64,000 nt of DNA from Leptolyngbyaceae cyanobacterium (GCA_965263355.1 CBDHHL010000056.1:960001-1024000), one strand, 5' to 3'; counted from the first letter of the stretch, positions 38,401 to 50,250 are shown. The notes: generated from the sequence alone by a model not told the origin. Numbers and translations are program-made.

Positions 38401-41400
38401 AGCTCGCCAACCAAAAATCCCGACAACCGGGACTGAAACGGTTAATTCGATGATCTTTTGCTGCCTAGTAATGTTCTTGCTCGCCAACCAAAAATCCCGA
38501 CAACCGGGACTGAAACGATTCACTAGAGTTATGAGTGACCGACCGACTGGTTCCTCGCCAACCAAAAATCCCGACAACCGGGACTGAAACACTGCTTTAA
38601 GTTTTGCGACTCGTTTTAGTCGTGTCAGCTCGCCAACCAAAAATCCCGACAACCGGGACTGAAACGCTTGTTACTTCAACGACGACAACAAGGATCAACT
38701 CGCCAACCAAAAATCCCGACAACCGGGACTGAAACTACAAAGAACTTGGCATTGAGTTTCAGGAGGGTTTCTCGCCAACCAAAAATCCCGACAACCGGGA
38801 CTGAAACTCCTGAGCTGGGCTTTCATTCGAAGAAACCGGGACTCGCCAACCAAAAATCCCGACAACCGGGACTGAAACATTTCTGTCTACTGTCATGTCG
38901 CTAGTGATGTTGTTCTCGCCAACCAAAAATCCCGACAACCGGGACTGAAACATCGGAACAGATCCAAGGACAGAGATACGGCAGCGCTCGCCAACCAAAA
39001 ATCCCGACAACCGGGACTGAAACACCCTCAACAGACCCTCTGCCCAATTATAAAGCAATCACTCGCCAACCAAAAATCCCGACAACCGGGACTGAAACTG
39101 CCATTTGGAGCTTGGATGACAACTTCGACTAGTTCGAGACTCGCCAACCAAAAATCCCGACAACCGGGACTGAAACGTGTCCAGCTGCCATGATGCTTGG
39201 CACCCCGAGCCTCGCCAACCAAAAATCCCGACAACCGGGACTGAAACGACCGGTTGGTTGATGCGTTTGGGGGCGCTTGAACCAGTCCTCGCCAACCAAA
39301 AATCCCGACAACCGGGACTGAAACTGAAGTTGAACCGCCATAAAACGTCTGTAACTAACTCGCCAACCAAAAATCCCGACAACCGGGACTGAAACAAAGT
39401 CCAGCTATTTCCGGCTTGGAGGACGCTAGGCTCGCCAACCAAAAATCCCGACAACCGGGACTGAAACCCAAATCACCTTGCTCTTTTAGAAGACTGTCAG
39501 GATCTCGCCAACCAAAAATCCCGACAACCGGGACTGAAACTGCTCTTTTTTTATCTGGAGTCGCAGCACCCGCTTACTCGCCAACCAAAAATCCCGACAA
39601 CCGGGACTGAAACACACAGCCAAAAGGGACAGAGGGATTCGAACCCCCCGACTCGCCAACCAAAAATCCCGACAACCGGGACTGAAACTTAGGCCACTTG
39701 TTTTTTATCTGCATTGTTTGGCCGATCTCGCCAACCAAAAATCCCGACAACCGGGACTGAAACTAATGCTCCGCAACTGGCCAGCATATATAGGCAGTGC
39801 TCGCCAACCAAAAATCCCGACAACCGGGACTGAAACCTGTCCACATATTCAAAGATGCTCTAAAGATGCTCGTCTCGCCAACCAAAAATCCCGACAACCG
39901 GGACTGAAACGCATCGCAAGGTTGGGCACAGTGTTCTGTGCTGTCTCGCCAACCAAAAATCCCGACAACCGGGACTGAAACTTTAAGCGAGAATTAGTAT
40001 CTTCTACGAACTCCTGCTCGCCAACCAAAAATCCCGACAACCGGGACTGAAACTGATCAATACCGCTCACTTTATCCGCTTTGCTCTCATCTCGCCAACC
40101 AAAAATCCCGACAACCGGGACTGAAACTTCTAACGAAAGAGAGTTTTGCATCAGCTGGGTCTACTCGCCAACCAAAAATCCCGACAACCGGGACTGAAAC
40201 TCGATAGTTTAGCCTAGGTTTGTGTAAAAATCCACAACTCGCCAACCAAAAATCCCGACAACCGGGACTGAAACATAAATTTACCTGAATTATTCGCCAT
40301 AGGAGGCTTGGCTCGCCAACCAAAAATCCCGACAACCGGGACTGAAACGCACATAGACGCAAGGCTTCAAACTGCACCAAACGCCCACTCGCCAACCAAA
40401 AATCCCGACAACCGGGACTGAAACTATTAGAAAATCAATTATTCAACAATACTAGGATTCCTCGCCAACCAAAAATCCCGACAACCGGGACTGAAACCTT
40501 GTGGGAATGGGGCGAAGTTACACCCTCTAACTACTCGCCAACCAAAAATCCCGACAACCGGGACTGAAACCACAGTCTTAGAAGCAGATTAAGGAGAGAA
40601 AAAACTCGCCAACCAAAAATCCCGACAACCGGGACTGAAACTGGGGTAAGCCTGCCGAGAACCTTTGTCAATACCGACTCGCCAACCAAAAATCCCGACA
40701 ACCGGGACTGAAACCATAGCCTGGAATAACCTTGGGCTCCCATCGATGACTCGCCAACCAAAAATCCCGACAACCGGGACTGAAACGACCGTTGGCACGG
40801 TCAGGCGCGAGCGTGGGCAGCGCTCGCCAACCAAAAATCCCGACAACCGGGACTGAAACTCTAAAGCTGAAGGTTCACCACAAGGATAACAATTTCCCTC
40901 GCCAACCAAAAATCCCGACAACCGGGACTGAAACGCGTTCTTGACTCTGCGTCCTGAGGCCCACTTCACTCGCCAACCAAAAATCCCGACAACCGGGACT
41001 GAAACAATTGCTTTTCATGGCCTACATATTCCCCTCAATTGCTCGCCAACCAAAAATCCCGACAACCGGGACTGAAACGCTACTGGGACAGCTGCCGAGT
41101 ACAGGATCAAAGACCTCGCCAACCAAAAATCCCGACAACCGGGACTGAAACGGCGATTGAGCCAAGCCCATCAACAACGTTACTGGCCTCGCCAACCAAA
41201 AATCCCGACAACCGGGACTGAAACTTTTGGCCACGGGTTGAGAACAGATAGAGGTAGAACTCGCCAACCAAAAATCCCGACAACCGGGACTGAAACGAGA
41301 CGAACCAGACGCTAAAGAGCAAGCTGGCCAGCTCGCCAACCAAAAATCCCGACAACCGGGACTGAAACATTGTTAATAAGTATCGGTGAAATTCTGCTGT

Positions 41401-43005
41401 TGCCTCGCCAACCAAAAATCCCGACAACCGGGACTGAAACTTCTGTTTCGCCTGAGTATTTGAACCTATCAATAGCTCGCCAACCAAAAATCCCGACAAC
41501 CGGGACTGAAACCTAAGGGTTAAATTGCCGCGCCTGGTCCCCAGCTGCCGGGGCTCGCCAACCAAAAATCCCGACAACCGGGACTGAAACGAACCTATTG
41601 AGCTAACCGCTACCAACCCTCCCAAAACTCGCCAACCAAAAATCCCGACAACCGGGACTGAAACGATCGACCACAGGCCTCAAAAAAGCCGGACTCGCCA
41701 ACCAAAAATCCCGACAACCGGGACTGAAACCCAATGCATCGCAAGCATCCACCACCGTTAGCTCGCCAACCAAAAATCCCGACAACCGGGACTGAAACAG
41801 AGTGACACCGTACATGTTTAGACTAGCAGTACTCGCCAACCAAAAATCCCGACAACCGGGACTGAAACCTACTACAACAGTTAATGACCAGGAAACCTAA
41901 TGAGGCTCGCCAACCAAAAATCCCGACAACCGGGACTGAAACTGATAAAAGTCAATCTGGTGATTATGGTTGAGGCCTCGCCAACCAAAAATCCCGACAA
42001 CCGGGACTGAAACGCCCATGAAGACCTCAGCATTTGTAATTTTTGTTTGCTCGCCAACCAAAAATCCCGACAACCGGGACTGAAACATTATTAGCTTTGC
42101 TATCGGACTAGGGCCAAAACTCGCCAACCAAAAATCCCGACAACCGGGACTGAAACTTTATTGTAACGGCTGATATTCAGGAACTAAGCTCGCCAACCAA
42201 AAATCCCGACAACCGGGACTGAAACAGACGTATTAGCCGTTGCATTAAAACCTAAGACTCCTCGCCAACCAAAAATCCCGACAACCGGGACTGAAACGTA
42301 GGATTTCTACTAGATAGCAAAACTACAAATCCTCGCCAACCAAAAATCCCGACAACCGGGACTGAAACGTAGCTAACACGATCTAAAAAACTACTTTCTT
42401 CTCCCTCGCCAACCAAAAATCCCGACAACCGGGACTGAAACTCATGCCCTAGTGACATGTTCAGATTTACATACTCGCCAACCAAAAATCCCGACAACCG
42501 GGACTGAAACGTAGCAGTAAGGAAATCGTTGGCTGGATAGCGCTCGCCAACCAAAAATCCCGACAACCGGGACTGAAACCTTATACTCAGTCACAGCAAG
42601 AGTGCTCGCCAACCAAAAATCCCGACAACCGGGACTGAAACTGGTGAGAAACTTAGACCCTGTTTGGTCTACAACAAACTCGCCAACCAAAAATCCCGAC
42701 AACCGGGACTGAAACGTTTTGGACTCTCCAGAGTCGGAGTCAATCAAGGTGCTCGCCAACCAAAAATCCCGACAACCGGGACTGAAACAGCATGGGCCAA
42801 AGCGGAGGACTGAGGATTTGAACCTCGCCAACCAAAAATCCCGACAACCGGGACTGAAACCTTAGGGCCTATTGGCACACCACGAAAGGACATTGCTCGC
42901 CAACCAAAAATCCCGACAACCGGGACTGAAACTCAATAGTGGTTTGAATGCTTTGCTGACCCAGCTATCTCGCCAACTATAAAACCGATCAGCTAATTTA
43001 AATCA
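35478..43005 (+). CRISPR. Type I-D CRISPR array, 37-nt repeat CTCGCCAACCAAAAATCCCGACAACCGGGACTGAAAC
   Basis: About 103 repeats by manual count plus a degenerate terminal copy at 42969; the GAAAC 3' end, leader position and decayed distal repeat give + orientation. Confidence 0.98.
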
Positions 43006-43135
43006 CATTAACCTGCGTCAGACTTCTCCCTATCAGTTGTCTGCCCTAAGCTTATTGTGCGTTTCAGCACGGAAACGAATGATGGCCTAAGGGTATGTCT
43101 GCATTACTGCCATTAAACGTTTTCCTCTCCGCTCC

Positions 43136-44371
43136 ATGACACCGACACTTATCCTCAGAAACTGCACCTTGGCCAATGGCCCAGCCGACATCGCCATTGA
43201 AGCCTCAACCATTATCGCCATTGAACCCAATCTACAGCTGACCGCCCCCACCGAAATCGACTGCACTGACAAACTCGTCAGTCCCCCCTTTGTCGAATCC
43301 CACATTCATCTAGATTCAGCCCTCACCGCCGGACAGCCCCGCCACAACCAAAGCGGCACCCTGTTTGAAGGCATTGAAATTTGGCGCGATCGCAAACGCA
43401 CCCTCACCCTTGACGACATCAAACATCGTGCCACCAACGCCCTCAAACTCATGGCCAGCCAGGGCACCCTCTTCGTCCGTAGCCACGCCGATGTCAGCGA
43501 AGCCAGCCTCACCACCTTACAAGGCCTACTCGCCGTCCGCGACACCGTCAAAGACTGGATTACCGTGCAAGTCGTCGCCTTTCCCCAAGACGGCATCTAT
43601 GGCAGCCCTAAAAACGATGACCTGATGGAAGAAGCGATCAAACAAGGAGCCGATGCCGTCGGTGGCATTCCCCACTACGAACTTACCCGCGAAGACGGCG
43701 TCCGTTCTATCCATCGCATCTTTGAGCTGGCCCAAAAATATAACCGCCTGATCGACATCCACTGCGACGAAATCGACGACGACCACTCCCGCTTTCTCGA
43801 AGTCGTCTCCGCCTGCGCCCTACGCACTGGCCTCAAAGACCAGGTTACCGCCAGCCACACAACCGCCTTTGGCTCCTACAACGACGCCTATGCCCTCAAA
43901 CTTATGGGCTTTCTCAAACGCTCGGACATTAACTTTATCACCAACCCCCTGATTAACATTACCCTCCAGGGCCGCACCGACACCTACCCCAAACGTCGTG
44001 GTCTTACCCGCGTTAAAGAACTGTGGCAGGCCGGCCTCAACGTTAGTCTCGGCAACGACTGCATTCAAGACCCCTGGTACGGCCTCGGCACCGGCAATAT
44101 GCTAGATGTTGTCTCCATGGTTGTACATGCGGCTCAAATGACTGGCCTTAAAGAAATTGATGCCTGTTACGATATGGCAACAACCCATGGAGCCCGCACA
44201 TTAAATTTACAAGATTCCTATGGGCTAGAGGTAGGTAAACCCGCCAACCTAATTGTGTTGGACTGCCCCAGTAAGTATGAAGCCGTTCGTTGTCGTCCTG
44301 TTGTCAGCCACGTCATTTCTCGCGGACAGATTTTAGTAGAGACAACGACACCTGAGGTGAAATGGCGATGA
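43136..44371 (+). CDS. codA: Cytosine deaminase
   Basis: PFVESHIHLD, VAFPQDG, DIHCDE and TYPKRRGLTRVKEL. Confidence 0.92.
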   Translation: MTPTLILRNCTLANGPADIAIEASTIIAIEPNLQLTAPTEIDCTDKLVSPPFVESHIHLDSALTAGQPRHNQSGTLFEGIEIWRDRKRTLTLDDIKHRATNALKLMASQGTLFVRSHADVSEASLTTLQGLLAVRDTVKDWITVQVVAFPQDGIYGSPKNDDLMEEAIKQGADAVGGIPHYELTREDGVRSIHRIFELAQKYNRLIDIHCDEIDDDHSRFLEVVSACALRTGLKDQVTASHTTAFGSYNDAYALKLMGFLKRSDINFITNPLINITLQGRTDTYPKRRGLTRVKELWQAGLNVSLGNDCIQDPWYGLGTGNMLDVVSMVVHAAQMTGLKEIDACYDMATTHGARTLNLQDSYGLEVGKPANLIVLDCPSKYEAVRCRPVVSHVISRGQILVETTTPEVKWR

Positions 44372-44385
44372 GCCATGGGATGACG

Positions 44386-44413
44386 GTAGAGAGGTTGCAT
44401 GCAACGCCTCTAC
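44386..44413. repeat. Cyanobacterial palindromic small dispersed repeat
   Basis: GTAGAGAGGTTGCATGCAACGCCTCTAC. Confidence 0.7.
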
Positions 44414-44456
44414 CAGCGTTTATCATGGAAATACCTCATTCTGTGGAGCCGGGTCG

Positions 44457-45017
44457 ATGACAGCAGTCAATAAAGTTCGCTGGACGGTAGATGACCTAGA
44501 AAGTCTTCCTGAAAGTAGCGATCGCTTCGAAATCATTAACGGAGATTTACATGTGACCAGAGCCCCCCATTGGAAGCATCAGGACGTAGCCGGTGCCATT
44601 TATGCAGAACTTAGGACATGGTCTCAGCAGTCACAATTGGGAAAACCGGTATTTACTCCGGGGATAATTTTTTCGCCTTCTGACGCGGTGATTCCTGACG
44701 TTGTATGGGCTAGCAATGAACGGATTGGCACCTTAATAGATGAGGCCGGACATTTCACAGGGGCTCCTGAGCTAATCATTGAGGTGTTATCAAAGTCCCA
44801 GACAGATAAAGATCGTGACAGAAAATACAAGCTCAAACTTTATTCTGTTGAAGGGGTGGGTGAATATTGGATCGTTGATCGCGAGCAAGAATTGATTGAG
44901 ATTTTTCGTCGTGATAACGGTGTTTTAGTTAAAGCAATTACCCTTTACACCAAAGATATCTTGACTAGCCCCTTACTGCCTGACTTTAGCTGCTCAGTGG
45001 CTTCTTTGTTTGCTTAA
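44457..45017 (+). CDS. Uma2-family endonuclease
   Basis: PDVVW, APELIIEVLS and YWIVD. Confidence 0.9.
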   Translation: MTAVNKVRWTVDDLESLPESSDRFEIINGDLHVTRAPHWKHQDVAGAIYAELRTWSQQSQLGKPVFTPGIIFSPSDAVIPDVVWASNERIGTLIDEAGHFTGAPELIIEVLSKSQTDKDRDRKYKLKLYSVEGVGEYWIVDREQELIEIFRRDNGVLVKAITLYTKDILTSPLLPDFSCSVASLFA

Positions 45018-45179
45018 AGCCCTCGCCCCACTTTCTATTCCCTACTGCCTCTTTTGCCACACTGATCACCACATAATTAAGCCCTATGACGTACCATAAA
45101 GAAATGTTTACCCCATACTAGTACTGATTTATCAGTCTAGCTATGATCTAGCTGCCTGCGCTGTAACTCATTCGTCCCC

Positions 45180-48100
45180 ATGCCCCAGTCAAAGACCTCT
45201 AAAACGGCCAAGACACGCAATGGCAAAACTGCTAATGGCAAAGCGTCCAACGGTCAGATGACCACCAATGGGAAAACAGCAAAGGCTAAACTCACCAATC
45301 TATCCGATGACCTGATCCGCATTCGCGGTGCCCGTCAGCACAACCTGAAAAACATCGATCTGGACTTACCCCGCAACCAGATGATTGTGTTCACAGGGGT
45401 GTCCGGTTCGGGTAAGTCCTCCCTCGCCTTCGATACAATTTTTGCTGAGGGCCAGCGTCGCTACGTCGAATCCTTGAGTGCCTATGCCCGACAGTTTCTA
45501 GGCCAGGTGGATAAGCCCGAAGTGGATTCCATTGAAGGGCTAAGTCCAGCTATTTCCATTGATCAGAAGTCCACCTCCCATAACCCTCGATCCACGGTGG
45601 GAACGGTGACTGAAATCTATGACTATTTGCGATTGCTGTATGGTCGGGCCGGACAGCCCCATTGTCCCCATTGCGATCGCTCCATTGCCCCCCAGGCCAT
45701 TGACCAAATGCTAGACCAGGTGATGGCTTTGCCCGACCGCACCCGGTTTCAGATTCTGGCCCCAGTGGTGCGGGGGAAGAAAGGCACCCATGCCAAGTTG
45801 CTGTCGGGCTTAGCCGCCGAAGGCTTTGTGCGGGTGCGGGTGGATGGTGAAATCCGTGAACTTAGTGACAATATTGAGCTAGCCAAAAATAAGACCCACG
45901 ACATTGAAGTGGTGGTGGACCGTCTGGTCAAGAAGGACGACATCCAGGAACGTCTGGCGGACTCATTAGCCACCTGTCTAAAGCGGGCTGAGGGGATTGC
46001 GATTATAGATATCCTCGAGGAGCGTAAAAAGGCGGATGTGGTCCCCCTAGAGTCAAAGCGCAAGGAAAAAGCTGACGTGCCTATGGCGGCAGAATCTGAG
46101 GGAGCATATGGTTCTGAACTGCCATCAGAACTGGTCTTTTCAGAGAACTTTGCCTGTCCAGAACATGGGGCGGTGATGGATGAACTATCACCCCGTTTGT
46201 TTTCGTTTAACTCACCCTATGGGGCCTGTCCTGACTGCCATGGATTAGGAAGCCATCGGCGGTTTGCGGCAGATTTGGTAGTGCCGGATCCGAGTTTGCC
46301 AGTGTATGCTGCGATCGCACCCTGGTCCGATAAAGACAACACCTACTATTTCTCTCTTCTCTACAGCGTTGGTCAGGCCTATGGGTTTGAGATCCAAGCC
46401 ACCTGGTCTAGTCTGACCGATAAACAGCGCGACATTATTCTCAACGGCTCGCCCGACAAAATTTATATCGAGACCGACTCTCGCTACGGCAATGGTAAAA
46501 AAGGCTATGAACGCAAATACGAGGGTGTCCTACCCATTTTGGATCGACAGTATCGCGAGAGCACGTCTGATCTGTACAAACAAAAGTTAGAAAAATATCT
46601 GATCGATCAAGTTTGTGAAACCTGTAATGGAGCCCGATTACGGCCTGAATCCCTGGCAGTCAGAATGGGACCCTATAACATTCTAGACTTTACTAGCGTT
46701 TCCATTCGTGATTGTCTGTACAACATTGAAGATCTCATGGGTGAGAATGGAGAAGACTCTGTTCTTAGCAAGAAACAGCTTGCCATTGGTGAGTTGGTGC
46801 TCAAAGAAATCAAGGCCCGTCTGACATTTTTGCTGGATGTGGGGTTAGACTACCTCACCCTAGATCGGACTGCCATGACGTTGTCCGGGGGAGAGGCACA
46901 ACGGATCCGCCTTGCGACTCAGATTGGCGCAGGTTTAACCGGCGTTCTATATGTGCTTGACGAACCAAGTATCGGTCTACATCAGCGTGATAACGAACGC
47001 TTACTAAAAACCCTCAATCGTCTGCGTAATTTAGGGAATACCCTAATTGTAGTAGAACATGACGAAGACACCATTCGAGCCGCTGACTACATCGTAGATA
47101 TTGGCCCTAGGGCTGGTGTTCACGGCGGCAATATTGTTGTCCAGGGTGATATGAAGGCTCTGTTGAAGAGTAAAGACTCTCTTACCGGTGCATATCTATC
47201 CGGTCGAGAGAGGATTGACACACCCGCTGAGCGTCGACCTGGCAACAAGAGCAAACTACAAATTCGGAATGCCCATCGTAACAACTTAGAGCATATTGAT
47301 GTTGATATTCCCCTGGGTAAGTTTGTCTGCATCACAGGGGTGTCTGGCTCTGGTAAATCGACTCTGGTTAACGAGTTGCTGTATCCGGCACTGCAGCATC
47401 ACTTTGGTAGTAAAGTACCTGACCCCAATCAGATGGAACCCATCAAGGGGCTGAAAGCCTTAGATAAAGTTATCGTGATTGACCAGTCTCCCATTGGTCG
47501 GACACCCCGCTCAAATCCGGCTACCTACACAGGGGTGTTCGATGTTATTCGCGATTTGTTTTCTGAAACAATTGAGGCAAAGGCCCGAGGCTATAAACGG
47601 GGACAGTTCTCATTTAACGTTAAAGGTGGTCGCTGTGAGGCCTGTGGTGGTCAGGGTGTAAACGTGATTGCCATGAATTTCTTGCCCGATGTGTATGTGC
47701 AATGTGAGGTGTGCAAAGGGGCACGTTACAACCGCGAGACACTACAGGTGAAGTACAAGGGCAAGACAATTTCTGATGTGCTCAATATGACTGCAGAAGA
47801 GGCCCTGGGGTTCTTTGAAAATATCCACAAGGCGGCAAATAAGCTGCAGACCATGGTGGATGTGGGGCTGGGATATATTCGTCTAGGTCAAACGGCTCCC
47901 ACACTGTCCGGTGGTGAAGCCCAACGGATGAAGCTGGCATCTGAATTGGCTCGCCGTTCGACGGGTCAAACCATGTATTTGATCGATGAACCGACGACGG
48001 GACTCTCTTTTTACGATGTGCATAAGCTGTTGGACGTGGTTCAACGCCTAGTAGATAAAGGGAATTCTGTGGTGATGATTGAGCATAACCTGGACGTGAT

Positions 48101-48263
48101 CCGCTGTTGTGATTGGATTATTGATTTAGGACCGGAAGGGGGCGATCGCGGTGGGCAGATTATTGCAGAAGGTACACCGGAGGAGGTGGCCCAGGTAGAA
48201 AATTCTTACACCGGGCATTATTTGAACCATGTGTTGGAACAACATCCCCCAAAAGAAACGTAG
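45180..48263 (+). CDS. uvrA: Excinuclease ABC subunit A
   Basis: Two GVSGSGKS motifs, zinc fingers and LSGGEAQR signatures. Confidence 0.98.
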   Translation: MPQSKTSKTAKTRNGKTANGKASNGQMTTNGKTAKAKLTNLSDDLIRIRGARQHNLKNIDLDLPRNQMIVFTGVSGSGKSSLAFDTIFAEGQRRYVESLSAYARQFLGQVDKPEVDSIEGLSPAISIDQKSTSHNPRSTVGTVTEIYDYLRLLYGRAGQPHCPHCDRSIAPQAIDQMLDQVMALPDRTRFQILAPVVRGKKGTHAKLLSGLAAEGFVRVRVDGEIRELSDNIELAKNKTHDIEVVVDRLVKKDDIQERLADSLATCLKRAEGIAIIDILEERKKADVVPLESKRKEKADVPMAAESEGAYGSELPSELVFSENFACPEHGAVMDELSPRLFSFNSPYGACPDCHGLGSHRRFAADLVVPDPSLPVYAAIAPWSDKDNTYYFSLLYSVGQAYGFEIQATWSSLTDKQRDIILNGSPDKIYIETDSRYGNGKKGYERKYEGVLPILDRQYRESTSDLYKQKLEKYLIDQVCETCNGARLRPESLAVRMGPYNILDFTSVSIRDCLYNIEDLMGENGEDSVLSKKQLAIGELVLKEIKARLTFLLDVGLDYLTLDRTAMTLSGGEAQRIRLATQIGAGLTGVLYVLDEPSIGLHQRDNERLLKTLNRLRNLGNTLIVVEHDEDTIRAADYIVDIGPRAGVHGGNIVVQGDMKALLKSKDSLTGAYLSGRERIDTPAERRPGNKSKLQIRNAHRNNLEHIDVDIPLGKFVCITGVSGSGKSTLVNELLYPALQHHFGSKVPDPNQMEPIKGLKALDKVIVIDQSPIGRTPRSNPATYTGVFDVIRDLFSETIEAKARGYKRGQFSFNVKGGRCEACGGQGVNVIAMNFLPDVYVQCEVCKGARYNRETLQVKYKGKTISDVLNMTAEEALGFFENIHKAANKLQTMVDVGLGYIRLGQTAPTLSGGEAQRMKLASELARRSTGQTMYLIDEPTTGLSFYDVHKLLDVVQRLVDKGNSVVMIEHNLDVIRCCDWIIDLGPEGGDRGGQIIAEGTPEEVAQVENSYTGHYLNHVLEQHPPKET

Positions 48264-48297
48264 GTTGGGTTACCCCACGTCCATAATTCTCGCCTTT

Positions 48298-48401
48298 ATG
48301 GAAACCCATAATTAACCCAACATTACCAATCACCCATGACCATAATCAAATGGAAACCCATAATTAACCCAACATTACCAATCACCCATGACCATAATCA
48401 A
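48298..48401 (+). repeat. Perfect 52-bp tandem duplication
   Basis: ATGGAAACCCATAATTAACCCAACATTACCAATCACCCATGACCATAATCAA, two copies. Confidence 0.9.
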
Positions 48402-48404
48402 AAC

Positions 48405-48974
48405 CTAAAATCGATTGATTGTTGTTTCAAAGCCAGGGAGAATATCGTCTCCAGTGAGTATTTTCGGTAATGAATAAATGACTTTTGCCTGTTGGGGACG
48501 GTAAATTTCGACTTGCTGGTCCTGTGGATTAAACAACCAGCCTAGACGGACACCACTGACCATATATTCCTGCATTTTGTCTTGTAACGTTTGCAGGTTG
48601 TCGGTGCGGGACCTCAATTCCATCACAAAATCAGGCGCAATTGGAGGAAATTTAGCCCGCTCCTCAGGCGTCAGTGCCTCCCAACGCGACAGTTCTACCC
48701 AGGCGACGTCTGGAGAACGATCTCCACCGCCAGGAAGTTTGAAAACAGTGGATGAGCTAAAGACTTTACCTAACCCAGTCTGACGGTTCCAGATGCCTAA
48801 ATCTAGACCCAGCTCAAATTCGCGATTACCGCTTTCTCCACCGACTGGAGGCATAACAAGCAAAATTCCCTTAGCCGTGCGCTCCAAACGCATCTCTGAA
48901 TTATCTACACAAAGCTGGTAGAACTGCTCATCTGTGAGATGCACCTGACTGATATCCAACGTGATGGGGAGCAT
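48405..48974 (-). CDS. Uma2-family endonuclease
   Basis: RSPDVAW, PDFVMELRS and KMQEY..GVRLGWL. Confidence 0.92.
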   Translation of the reverse strand: MLPITLDISQVHLTDEQFYQLCVDNSEMRLERTAKGILLVMPPVGGESGNREFELGLDLGIWNRQTGLGKVFSSSTVFKLPGGGDRSPDVAWVELSRWEALTPEERAKFPPIAPDFVMELRSRTDNLQTLQDKMQEYMVSGVRLGWLFNPQDQQVEIYRPQQAKVIYSLPKILTGDDILPGFETTINRF

Positions 48975-49033
48975 CGGGCAAACTCCTAAAGTCGGTGTGC
49001 TTGGAGCGCGTTGGCTTTGATCATAGCTTACAG

Positions 49034-49243
49034 TTAAGCAGCTGACTCAGTAGAGGTTTCGGTATCAGTAGGAATTTGGCCTTCGAGTTCGCCAATGGCA
49101 GCATTGATGGCGGCTAGATGAACCTGCATGCGATCGCGACTTGCCTTGAGCCACTGGAGCCTCATTTTTTGGCAATTGGCATAGAAGGTAGCATAATCGC
49201 TGCATTTACCAGAAGCAGATGGATTGCAGAAGGGAAAAAACAT
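49034..49243 (-). CDS. Small hypothetical protein
   Basis: 69-aa ORF with a coiled-coil-like C-terminus. Confidence 0.5.
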   Translation of the reverse strand: MFFPFCNPSASGKCSDYATFYANCQKMRLQWLKASRDRMQVHLAAINAAIGELEGQIPTDTETSTESAA

Positions 49244-49419
49244 GGTAGCAGGCTAATGAAACGAGGTACCCCTATAAGCTAACAACTTTCAAAAAAACAT
49301 GCGGCGATATGCTATGTAGAGTACCAAGTTATTGATAACTATTTGACTGGTGCAGGTTCCCAAATACAAACTCAAAGCGTCTGTACTAAGTTTCTTGGAT
49401 GTTAGGTACTATGTATCAG

Positions 49420-49450
49420 TTCATTGTCATCTTACTAAGTTCTTGATTTT
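49420..49450 (+). promoter_or_regulatory. Shared OmpR-type regulator box, copy 1
   Basis: 26/31 identical to 50251-50281. Confidence 0.6.
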
Positions 49451-49502
49451 TGACTGTTAATATTTGAGCATTCAGCAGTCATTGGGTGGCAGGCTTAGCA
49501 CT

Positions 49503-50108
49503 ATGTTTAGAGAGCAGTGGCTTAAATTAGGGATAATTAGCCTGGCTGTTTTTAGCATCACAGCTTGTGCAGAAGAAGAAATTCCTGCAATCTTATCGGA
49601 ATCAGTCCCTCAATCGGAATTCAAAGTAACGTTTCCAGAAGCGTTAGCCATTGCAGAAGCAACGGCTGATGGTCAACAAGCCTATAGTATGGAGCGGGAA
49701 ACAGAAAAGGGACAGCCAGTTATTGAAGTTGGTATTGATGGTCAGGAGATTTTTGTTCACGCCGTTACGGGTGAGATTATATCTATTGATAATCTTAGAG
49801 AAACAGACGACCAAGAGGATTTAGAAGAAGCTACAGAATTCTTGGCATTACAGGACCTTGCGACGGTTCCTATTTTGGAAGCACTGCAAGCGGGTGAAGC
49901 ATTTGCTGGAGAACAGGCCCATACAATCGAGCTGGAAAATGAGGATGGGAATCTGGTCTATGAAGTTGTGGTTGGGCGACAGGAAATCTACGTGGATGCT
50001 GGCACCGGACAGGTGCTTTATACAGAAGGCGGCTCTGGTGGTAATGAAACGGAGCAAGCTAGTAGCATTCAGGTTCCAGGTGGCAGTAATGATGACGATG
50101 AAGAATAA
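49503..50108 (+). CDS. PepSY-domain lipoprotein
   Basis: Lipobox ITAC and two PepSY-like repeats (ELENEDGNLVYEV...VDAGTG). Confidence 0.82.
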   Translation: MFREQWLKLGIISLAVFSITACAEEEIPAILSESVPQSEFKVTFPEALAIAEATADGQQAYSMERETEKGQPVIEVGIDGQEIFVHAVTGEIISIDNLRETDDQEDLEEATEFLALQDLATVPILEALQAGEAFAGEQAHTIELENEDGNLVYEVVVGRQEIYVDAGTGQVLYTEGGSGGNETEQASSIQVPGGSNDDDEE

Positions 50109-50250
50109 TAAATTCAGACTAACGATCGATTGAATGTAATTAGACCTCAGCAGAGATGTGGTAACTAATTGCTACTTTTACCCTAAGAAAATACTTTCTT
50201 GCATGGGCCAAACTTTCGGCCCATTTTTGTTGCCAAAAATCTCTCTTCAC

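Noticed and set aside
35843..42831. Many ORFs with repeated FQSRLSGFLVGE / RQPKIPTTGTET peptides
   Set aside because: They are translations of the CRISPR repeats, not genes
20505..43005. CRISPR-associated transposon interpretation of the I-D locus
   Set aside because: No tnsA/B/C or tniQ; cas3', the Cas10d HD motif and the adaptation genes are all present
35478..43005. Self-targeting of this window by main-array spacers
   Set aside because: No convincing match seen by eye; an exhaustive alignment was not possible
43136..44100. Strong C-rich skew in codA
   Set aside because: Explained by third-codon-position preference in an ordinary intact gene
45118..45140. Palindrome upstream of uvrA as a LexA box
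   Set aside because: It does not fit the cyanobacterial RGTAC-N3-DGTWC consensus
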